Shown one piece after another: positions 35,418 through 43,428 of a stretch of 64,000 bases of DNA. A program made the position numbers and the translations under genes. The notes below the pieces were generated by a model. That model had not been told where the DNA came from. It was given only the letters and a program-made list of their open reading frames with translations, and ran no database searches. The DNA comes from a virus. The stretch spans positions 50,038-114,037 of the IMG/VR virus record IMGVR_UViG_3300046467_002136, one strand, 5' to 3'. Each line of letters begins with the position of its first letter. Within the stretch, counting starts at the first letter, position 1.

Positions 35418-38400
35418 TGAGACAGTTCGCTATTATCAAAGACGTTAGTTCAGACAAACTTTTTGCAATTATTGTCAAAGGTGATGATTTTACTGTCTGC
35501 CACGGGGTTCATCCTGTTGGCAAACAGTGGGCTGACAGTTACAACAAGGGTTTAACCAAATCCATTTATGACGACCTTCAGCCGGGAATTTCGGTTGGGT
35601 CGTTCGCTCCGGTAACCACAACAACGCAAGCTTTGATTGATGAGGCAATCGAAGGGAAACCCGTTCGTTTTCCTGATCACTCACAGCTTACATATGTCAA
35701 GTCAGTTAACTACAGATATGACGGAGAAATCCCCCAAGTAAAAGATGCAGGGCTATCAAATCTGACAGATAAAGATTTCTTTGTTGGGGCAGACTATAAG
35801 GGAGTAGCTTTTCGTGCCGATGCTGCAAGACTTTCACTTTTGGCCAAAGCTCGTTTAGGGCATTTTGGAACTGATTCTAAAGGTTTCAATTTTACTGAAA
35901 AGGGAACAGATCAGAAAGCTCTAAACGAAGAATTGTTTCAAACTGCTCGGGGGTCCGGCAATGTCCGTCGTGCAGCTAAAGCAGTGCTTTTAGAAAAGCA
36001 TTTAAACTTAGAGGAACATCCGGGGTATCTCGGAACAAGAGAACATTCGTCACCTATCCGTACAAAAGCCAATCGTCTTGGTCGAAGAATTGGCCGAGGA
36101 GGAGGCAGAGGTAGGGGTGGCGGAGGTATTCGCAAAATTGGACGATCGATGCAAGACCCGTTCGATCCAAAGGCTTGGGATGGAGATCATGACGGGATAG
36201 TTCAGGAGGGCACCATATGGGAACGCCCTTCAATACCGGGAGTTAACACGAATCTTCCGGGCCAACGTCGCACCCGAACAAAGCCTCGCAACTACCCAGC
36301 CGATGACGCAGACGGTGTCGAATTCAGATTGCGTAATCGTCGTGAAGAAAACCGTGCCCAAAATGAAATTCTAAGTACTCCGGTTGGAGAGGTTATTGAA
36401 GAATTCCCCGAAGCAACCGAAGCTCTCAGAAACACACTTTCAGGATTCCCTGAAGGCGATGACATCTGGGAAACTCCACTAAGAGACATCACAGATAATG
36501 GAGAATACTTCGGTGAGGATGATTTAGATCGACTTCTTGATGCTGCTGTACCACGGCGTCGAGAAGGTGCCACTGACAGCTTCTATCGCGATGAACAAGG
36601 CATGCGCTCCCAAAGAGACGCACCTCCACCTCCTCCGGTTCCCGAGCGTGAAAGTGAGCGTGATTTTGGCGACCCGCCTCCTCCCCCGCCTGTACCCGAA
36701 CGACGCGATTTACCTGAACCGCCAGAGCCTGGACCCCGAGCATCCGCTCCCGCTCCAGAGCCTCCAGAGCGGAAGCCACAATTAGTTCTACCTCACGCGG
36801 GTACGAGCCATGGGCAGATGACCCCTGAACAGCGACGAGAGCAACTCGACGCTATGGAATACGAAATCCCTGCCGCCAGAGCGAAGTCACGCCAAATGCG
36901 AGAAATCGCTCAAGAACGTAATCAAGATCTGAATTTCTTTAGGGGACGAGGCGCAGACGGGAAACGCCGAAACCGGCATCGTCCTGGCAGTGAGGCAGCA
37001 GCAGAGCGTGGTGAAAAGCCCTCAGGTATGAACGAGAACGCTTGGCATCGCAATGAAACAGAATGGCTTCAAAGACAGATCGACAGTGCCAACGAAGGCG
37101 TGTACTTTTGGGACCAAACAGATTACCAATGGTCCTTACAGCAGCAGAGTCTGCGAGAGTTTAATGCCCGTGGTGAAATGGCAGCCCCCCGGGGTATGCG
37201 TTCTGAACGATATGACATCACACAAGATGAAGCTGGCAAATGGCGTGTGATGGATACGGGCAACAGAAACATGCGGCTTCCCGAAGAATATGACAACCGC
37301 GAGGACGCTTTAAGAGAAGCGATACGAAGAGATAACCCCCGTGGTGGCATGCGATCTACGCGACCGCTTACGCCCGAGGAACGTGCTGACCACGAAGAAC
37401 GATTCGGCCCGGGAACACGAGATGGTACGCGACCGCTTACGCCCGAGGAACGTGCTGACCACGAAGAACGATTCGGCCCGGGAACACGAGATGGTACGCG
37501 ACCGCTTACGCCCGAGGAACGTGCTGACCACGAAGAACGATTCGGCATGCGTTCCTCAATTGAAGTTGGATCTGGACGCCCTAGTGGAGAACGGATCGCC
37601 AGGGCGCGGGAAGAAGTCGCCTTGTCAGCTGGACCCCAGCGGACCAGTGATGGCCGTCTGTATGACGAACGAACTCACGGAGAACTAGTAGATGCCTTCA
37701 CAGGTGCAGGATTGTCTATCTCTGAAGCAGAAGCAGAAGCAGATCGGAGAATGCAACATCGATTTGGTGACAGGTGGCTGCAACACCCCTTAAACCGTGA
37801 TCGCATATCTGGTCGAGGCGGCATGCGCTCGGAAAGCGGAGGCGAATCTCAACAAGATCGAATCGATCGCCGAGAACGAGGCGAGTTCGACGAAATGACC
37901 CGAGTCGGGCGAGCCGCCAGAGAAACTCATGAAGAGCCAGACGGTTCAGTTTATGAATTCCGTCCTACTCTTCACGACAAACCTGAACGGGGTGGCAATT
38001 GGATTGACATTACAGACCCCGGCCAAAGATCTGAAATGGCTAGGCGTGCTACGCAAAGGCGTCAACACGAAGCCCAAACGGGCACGAGCATGGGGCGGTT
38101 AGCGCGACCGGGTGCTGGCAGTGAATGGGATCGAACTACGAGAGGTGGAATGCGCTCTAGGACGCGTGATGCTTCAGTAGATCGTGCCTCTCAATTGCAA
38201 GGCATGCGCTCAGGCGGCAGACGACGCCGAGGCCAAGCTCAACCTGGACTTGATCGTCACTCAGACATTGACGGTCAGATTTGGGAAACTCTTACCGACG
38301 CTGAAAGAGCACATGTCGGAACGGCGATTGATACAGAAATGCGTAGACGCATGCACGGACTCGCATGGAACGACATGGACGGCATAGATCCTCGCAAGCC

Positions 38401-40147
38401 AAAACAAAAAAAGCGTTCAGAGATGACCCCCGAAGAAGAAATGGAAGCAACCTTCCACGTCAACCCCCTCGGAGGGATCGTAAAACAGTATTTCGATCAA
38501 GAAATCAGGCCAGGCTTTAAAAAAGACTATGACGGTGACGAACTTGCCCAAAAACTTAGGGACTATGTTTTCACCGACACCGACATCGACACCATCGAAG
38601 CCGCGATAGAAAGTCAAATCGAAGCGACTGGTGACGCAACTGACAAAGCTGCCGACCAGCTGAAAGATCAGTTAAGGGAAATTCGGATCTACCGAAACAT
38701 GGTCGAACAAAGCAATAACGGCAAAGACTCTGACGCCTTCCAATTCCTTGAGCATCTTACGCCAACACAGCGCGCCCGAATCTATAACCGTGCAAACGGT
38801 GCTGACAAGGATCGTCTGAAAACAAGTAAAGCTTCTTGGGGTCTCAGTAAGGGCAATCGCATCAATTCAACTATCGGCAGCACGTTCACTGAACGCCAGA
38901 CCGCCATTGACTCCGTTAAGCCCGGTGTGAGGCGTCGTGCAGGAGAGTTCTCCCGGTCGATGGCACAACGCATTTGGGCTCCAAACCCGAACAGTGCTTA
39001 TCGTCGTGCGCTTAGAAAGGCTCGACGCGGAGGGGCAGGAAGTTCTCTTCCCGGTTTCCGTCGTGAAGAGGATAAAAGATCAATAGTTGCCCGCCGTGTC
39101 GCTCAACTGCGACGCAAGTTGCGGGTCGTTAAGGGTCGTAAAGGTATTCAAGGCGCAATCAATGCTTCTGAAAAGAAACAAATCAAGAAAGCAGTCGATT
39201 TCGACGCAGACGGCAAGTTGGTTACAAGCGACGAAGGTATCGCACGTCTCGGCAAAGCCTCCAGAGCACTACTCGGCGACAAGTCGCTCCTGAAAGATGT
39301 CAGGATGAAGGGTCGTGGCGGTAAGGGCACGGACGGAGCTAGCGAAGATGAGGTCGAGAAGATACTCAATCAGAACCCAGAAATGGCTGTCATTTGGGAC
39401 GCTATGGGCATGAATGATTTGCCGGTTGTTGTAGACGATGACAACTTCGAAGCCCTGATTGATGCTGGCCATCCCGTTATAGGTCGAGGACACGGAAGCG
39501 CTAGCAATGCGACCGATTATCTTGATGACGAATTACGTTTCCTCCCCGGAGGAGGCGGTGAAGCATCAGGCAAGGGTGAGTATTGGTCAACCGGCCAAGG
39601 CAGTTGGGGTAGTTGGCAAACTACAGAAGGAGGCAACACAGCTGCTGTTCTTACACCCAATGTTCGTCGCATGGACGGAGACACTTTAGACGCCGAATCT
39701 ACCGCTAATAGATCCGTTAGTCAGGCATTCGAGCTTGTGCGAGCAACCTATCCCGGAGATGAATTAGAAAAAGCAGACATTGCCGAAGTCGTCTCCAAGA
39801 TGGATGCTGAAATAGCAAAAATAACAGATCTTGCCGAAGGTGCCCCTATTTGGGAAACCGAAGTTGGTCAACTCTGGACACACTTGTTGGATTCGATCCG
39901 CACCAGCGGCAACCCCGACTCTTTGAATGCCATGTTGCTGCTTAACAAAATTAATAACACCAGAGGCGGCAGAAACCTTATTGCCCCCATCTTGGGTTAT
40001 GACACAATCCAGTCGGGTAGCGTAGAGTTGGTGATGAACCGCAGTGCCGTCATCACCCTAGGCAGAACCCTTGGTTCTTCAGGATTGAGTCAATTCTTTA
40101 AGCAAGCATCAGATGTACGCAGCGAAGGCAGAAGGGCTAGAGCATGA
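35417..40147 (+). CDS. Giant GMRS-segmented polyprotein with C-terminal ADP-ribosyltransferase-like domain
   Basis: 1576 aa with the DGDHDG motif and seven GMRS sites. The C-terminus reads IGRGHG...GKGEYWS...LGYDTI...ELVMNRSAV. Confidence 0.75.
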   Translation: MRQFAIIKDVSSDKLFAIIVKGDDFTVCHGVHPVGKQWADSYNKGLTKSIYDDLQPGISVGSFAPVTTTTQALIDEAIEGKPVRFPDHSQLTYVKSVNYRYDGEIPQVKDAGLSNLTDKDFFVGADYKGVAFRADAARLSLLAKARLGHFGTDSKGFNFTEKGTDQKALNEELFQTARGSGNVRRAAKAVLLEKHLNLEEHPGYLGTREHSSPIRTKANRLGRRIGRGGGRGRGGGGIRKIGRSMQDPFDPKAWDGDHDGIVQEGTIWERPSIPGVNTNLPGQRRTRTKPRNYPADDADGVEFRLRNRREENRAQNEILSTPVGEVIEEFPEATEALRNTLSGFPEGDDIWETPLRDITDNGEYFGEDDLDRLLDAAVPRRREGATDSFYRDEQGMRSQRDAPPPPPVPERESERDFGDPPPPPPVPERRDLPEPPEPGPRASAPAPEPPERKPQLVLPHAGTSHGQMTPEQRREQLDAMEYEIPAARAKSRQMREIAQERNQDLNFFRGRGADGKRRNRHRPGSEAAAERGEKPSGMNENAWHRNETEWLQRQIDSANEGVYFWDQTDYQWSLQQQSLREFNARGEMAAPRGMRSERYDITQDEAGKWRVMDTGNRNMRLPEEYDNREDALREAIRRDNPRGGMRSTRPLTPEERADHEERFGPGTRDGTRPLTPEERADHEERFGPGTRDGTRPLTPEERADHEERFGMRSSIEVGSGRPSGERIARAREEVALSAGPQRTSDGRLYDERTHGELVDAFTGAGLSISEAEAEADRRMQHRFGDRWLQHPLNRDRISGRGGMRSESGGESQQDRIDRRERGEFDEMTRVGRAARETHEEPDGSVYEFRPTLHDKPERGGNWIDITDPGQRSEMARRATQRRQHEAQTGTSMGRLARPGAGSEWDRTTRGGMRSRTRDASVDRASQLQGMRSGGRRRRGQAQPGLDRHSDIDGQIWETLTDAERAHVGTAIDTEMRRRMHGLAWNDMDGIDPRKPKQKKRSEMTPEEEMEATFHVNPLGGIVKQYFDQEIRPGFKKDYDGDELAQKLRDYVFTDTDIDTIEAAIESQIEATGDATDKAADQLKDQLREIRIYRNMVEQSNNGKDSDAFQFLEHLTPTQRARIYNRANGADKDRLKTSKASWGLSKGNRINSTIGSTFTERQTAIDSVKPGVRRRAGEFSRSMAQRIWAPNPNSAYRRALRKARRGGAGSSLPGFRREEDKRSIVARRVAQLRRKLRVVKGRKGIQGAINASEKKQIKKAVDFDADGKLVTSDEGIARLGKASRALLGDKSLLKDVRMKGRGGKGTDGASEDEVEKILNQNPEMAVIWDAMGMNDLPVVVDDDNFEALIDAGHPVIGRGHGSASNATDYLDDELRFLPGGGGEASGKGEYWSTGQGSWGSWQTTEGGNTAAVLTPNVRRMDGDTLDAESTANRSVSQAFELVRATYPGDELEKADIAEVVSKMDAEIAKITDLAEGAPIWETEVGQLWTHLLDSIRTSGNPDSLNAMLLLNKINNTRGGRNLIAPILGYDTIQSGSVELVMNRSAVITLGRTLGSSGLSQFFKQASDVRSEGRRARA
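37358..37546 (+). repeat. Perfect 69-bp in-frame tandem repeat (about 2.7 copies)
   Basis: Identical units start at 37358, 37427 and 37496, encoding TRPLTPEERADHEERFGPGTRDG. Confidence 0.95.
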
Positions 40148-40458
40148 TTACTCCAGAAAATCATAAGGAATATCACATAATGCTCTCAACGCTTCTGCGG
40201 TACCCCCCGTTCTCCACTGAAGACGACGAAAACGGCGACGAATTGGATTACATCGCTGGTAAAGAACTAATGGCCTACCACGACGAGGTTATCGCGCCAG
40301 CATCCAAAGGCGGAAACCTAGATTGGGAATTAGAGGGTGAACCCTTCGAAGAGTTCAGAGAAAAATGGAAAGACGAACTTGAAGAGGCTGAACTTTACCA
40401 ATCCAGACATGGTGACGATTTCGCTGCCGCCGCAAAAGCTGCCAGCGGCGATGAATAA
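40144..40458 (+). CDS. Small acidic protein (candidate immunity protein)
   Basis: 104 aa, very D/E-rich, with an ATGA overlap to the ART-like gene. Confidence 0.65.
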   Translation: MITPENHKEYHIMLSTLLRYPPFSTEDDENGDELDYIAGKELMAYHDEVIAPASKGGNLDWELEGEPFEEFREKWKDELEEAELYQSRHGDDFAAAAKAASGDE

Positions 40459-40460
40459 CG

Positions 40461-43205
40461 ATGCCCGAGGCGCGCACGGACTCCGAAACTGCCAAGAAAG
40501 CACAGGCTCTAAGAGAGGCTGCTGAACTCGGCTGTACTGGTGCGCACCGTCATCCCGATGGAACATGGATGGCGTGCAGCACAATGCAAGAATATGAGCG
40601 TCTCACCAATGGCGAAAAAGAAAAAAGCTCTTTAGATCTCATTGAGGAAACCCAGAAGATCCGTTCCCAAAAGGGTCGCAAGCGCAAGAAGAAAACTAAG
40701 CGCCAATGGGACAAGTTAAGGGAGCGAGGTGTCACTGGAATTGACACTCTGTCTGGTGGTGGACTCGTATCCGGTAAGGGTATGACTTTTCGACCCGTAG
40801 ACGGTGACACAGACGTTTTCGACAACATCAACCAAGCGCGTCGTAGAGCACGCCAATTGGGATGTATCGGTGTATCTAGACGTACTTCCCGTAGTGGACG
40901 TAGGGTTTGGACCCCGTGCACCAACATGACGGACTATGCGCGCGCCACTGGTAGTACGGCTCTTGGAAGGCGCTACCAGCAAAGACTGGAACGTCAACGA
41001 ATACGAAATATTGTTCGTGAAGAGCTATCTAAAATGAAACGACGTAAAAAGCGTTTATTTGAAGAAGTGTACGAAGCCAAAGGTATCGGTCGCCGTATCG
41101 GACGTGCTGCACGGTTTGACCCGAAGGCTTGGGATGGCGATCATGACATGATTGTCCAAGAGGGCACCCCATTTGAACGTCCTGCCATTCCTGGAATTAA
41201 TACCAATCTTCCGGGGAGAAAAAAAAGAGGTATGCGCTCTGTTTGGGATGGGAAACCCGGCACAGTTCAACGCCCAGAACCTAAAGCAAAACCAAAACCC
41301 GTAACCGACGAAGTCAGAATGGCGTCTCTCGGTAAGGAAATTGACAAGTTGCGGATAGGGAAACTTAACCCTCTGCTTCAAGAACTCAAAAAAGCCCAAA
41401 AAGAAGGCGACCACGCGGGAGTTCTTCGCATCAGAAACTTGATGGCGCCACTTCAACAAGAAGAATCACGTCTTCGTGAAGAACTCGGCACCGCCATGGG
41501 TAAAAGCAGATCGGATCTATCGTTAGGAGCTTCTGCAAATGGTGGCGTGCGTTCCCGCCGTCAAATCGATCATATGCTTCAGACTCCGCAGCAAAATATT
41601 GCCGATATGGAAGCTGACATAGATGAGTATTTCGCCTTTTTGGATGAACATAGTCGAATTGATTTTCAGAGACATTCCATCTATCGACCTGGCGATAAAC
41701 GTATTCGGAAAATAGGAGAACCGTCAACAGACCAATATTCGAGTGGAGAAGAGTATGGAGCTTTACCTGAGATAGACCAAGACATTATCGAAGAGCATGA
41801 CGATCTTTGGGGAAAGGTCGAGTGGTGGGCGAACTTTATTGAACAGTCAAGGATTGAACGCAACGACTTGACAACCGAACTTAGAGAAAAAGAAGACGCG
41901 TTAGATAGCGCAACGGAAAGCGCTCATAGGCCATATCACGCAGATACTAGAGATTTCTTAAAAGCCATCGACGGTGACGAAGATAGAGACACCTTTATTG
42001 AGCGCACATACGGCCCCTTCGAAACCAACCAGAGAGATCTGGAATACGGTGGCAGTAGTGAACCTGAGTGGCGTGAAGATCAATGGGGAAGGGATACCTT
42101 CAACCAGTACACCGACTACTGGGATGATTTGATTCGGATACGAGAAGAAACTTCATATATACAATATGAAATAAACTCGATTCAGGATCAGATTGATAAA
42201 TACCATGGGAACGGTACTGAATTCGCCAGAGACGATTATCGTAAAGCTCTAGAAGCCAAGCTGTCTAAAAAGACCAGCTCAGAAGTGATCAAGGGTGAGC
42301 TCGCTGAAGGGCGAATTGCTCTTGATCCTACTCAGGGTTTGCGTTCGCGTAGAGATCGTTTAAGCCCTAGTGAAAAAGAGTGGCTTAAGATGCTTCAAGA
42401 TAATCCTGGTCTTTGGGCTGAAGCCCCAGCAAGCGTGCGAGCGATTGCTTCAGACAAGATGAAACGTGAAGCACTCCAAATACGCAACGATTTTTCAGGT
42501 GGGATGCGAAGCGGACGCTTTGGTAGCGGCGGAAAAGCAATGGGCCAGCGAATACTTGCCAAGGTCAAGCCAGAACACAGAAACAAGGAAGATAGAACCC
42601 TTTACTTCATTGGCGGCACAACGGGTTCCGGTAAATCCACTTTAGTAAAAAATGGCTCCTTCGGCGTTCCGAACGATACTGAAGCTGCCCACATAGATCC
42701 GGATTTCATCAAAACGGGCTTAGAGGGCTGGGACCCCAAAAACGCCACCGCGTTTCACGGAGCATCCGTTACAGCAACTCGCGGCGTTCTAGATAGTGCT
42801 GCCAACGCCAAGATGGACGTTGTTGTACAAGGCACAGGGAAACGAGCCGAACACCTCCATACTGCCAGATCGCGCGGCTATTCGACTGTTGGGCATTTTG
42901 TTTATGTCCCCGGCAACGAGGCGAATAAAAGAATTGCTCAACGAACAGCGGCTGGTGGGCCTGACATCCCAACCGGTTTTGGTACCCAAATCGCTGGAGA
43001 ACTAAAAGGCCATGTAAGCAGACAAATAACACAAGGCTTATATGACGAGTTCTTCTTATGGGACAATACGGGAGATACACCAAGATTGATAGCATTCAGA
43101 AATAGGGATGGGCATTTCGAAATCAATAGCAGAACTGAGTTCGATGCTTTCTTTAGTGAGACCGGCGCAAAGTATGTAGAAAGGTATTGGAAAGATAACC
43201 AATGA
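40461..43205 (+). CDS. GMRS-segmented polyprotein with C-terminal zeta-toxin-like P-loop kinase
   Basis: Two LGCxG...WxxC repeats (DUF3721-like) and the DGDHD motif. The kinase part reads GGTTGSGKST...HIDPDFIK...DVVVQGTG...RIAQR...GGPDIP...WDNT. Confidence 0.85.
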   Translation: MPEARTDSETAKKAQALREAAELGCTGAHRHPDGTWMACSTMQEYERLTNGEKEKSSLDLIEETQKIRSQKGRKRKKKTKRQWDKLRERGVTGIDTLSGGGLVSGKGMTFRPVDGDTDVFDNINQARRRARQLGCIGVSRRTSRSGRRVWTPCTNMTDYARATGSTALGRRYQQRLERQRIRNIVREELSKMKRRKKRLFEEVYEAKGIGRRIGRAARFDPKAWDGDHDMIVQEGTPFERPAIPGINTNLPGRKKRGMRSVWDGKPGTVQRPEPKAKPKPVTDEVRMASLGKEIDKLRIGKLNPLLQELKKAQKEGDHAGVLRIRNLMAPLQQEESRLREELGTAMGKSRSDLSLGASANGGVRSRRQIDHMLQTPQQNIADMEADIDEYFAFLDEHSRIDFQRHSIYRPGDKRIRKIGEPSTDQYSSGEEYGALPEIDQDIIEEHDDLWGKVEWWANFIEQSRIERNDLTTELREKEDALDSATESAHRPYHADTRDFLKAIDGDEDRDTFIERTYGPFETNQRDLEYGGSSEPEWREDQWGRDTFNQYTDYWDDLIRIREETSYIQYEINSIQDQIDKYHGNGTEFARDDYRKALEAKLSKKTSSEVIKGELAEGRIALDPTQGLRSRRDRLSPSEKEWLKMLQDNPGLWAEAPASVRAIASDKMKREALQIRNDFSGGMRSGRFGSGGKAMGQRILAKVKPEHRNKEDRTLYFIGGTTGSGKSTLVKNGSFGVPNDTEAAHIDPDFIKTGLEGWDPKNATAFHGASVTATRGVLDSAANAKMDVVVQGTGKRAEHLHTARSRGYSTVGHFVYVPGNEANKRIAQRTAAGGPDIPTGFGTQIAGELKGHVSRQITQGLYDEFFLWDNTGDTPRLIAFRNRDGHFEINSRTEFDAFFSETGAKYVERYWKDNQ

Positions 43206-43276
43206 GAATTGCTTCACTTATTTGCGCTTCGTCATTCGCGATAGCTGTCTATTGGCATTACTGGTTTAAAAAATAA
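43202..43276 (+). CDS. Putative 24-aa hydrophobic peptide
   Basis: MRIASLICASSFAIAVYWHYWFKK, with an ATGA overlap to the zeta-like gene. Confidence 0.3.
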   Translation: MRIASLICASSFAIAVYWHYWFKK

Positions 43277-43428
43277 ACCAGAAATAAACACCTGAATATT
43301 TGACAGTCTTCCCCTACTGATACCACTATCACTAGTATGCTATAACGTGTACCGGCTCGGGTGCTTACCTTGGGATCGGACGAACAATTAACAACCCACG
43401 TCCAATAACAAATCCCGAGGAGGGAAAT

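Noticed and set aside
16763-42512. GMRS sites as a DNA repeat, CRISPR-like array or recombination site (GGNATGCGNTC)
   Set aside because: Spacing is irregular, all copies are in frame, wobble positions vary, and AGC/AGG codon switches occur. This points to peptide-level conservation.
16763-42512. GMRS Met as internal translation starts (all Leu/Val variants are CTG, TTG or GTG)
   Set aside because: Not favoured. There is no consistently spaced RBS, the preceding Gly is conserved, and NTG variants are also the single-step mutations of ATG. Ribo-seq of initiation sites would be needed to exclude it fully.
15206-43205. Inteins, stop-codon recoding or a diversity-generating retroelement as the cause of the giant ORFs
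   Set aside because: I saw no Hint/HN-C or LAGLIDADG motifs and no reverse transcriptase. ORFs tile normally under the standard code. The duplicated cassettes do not show adenine-specific variation.
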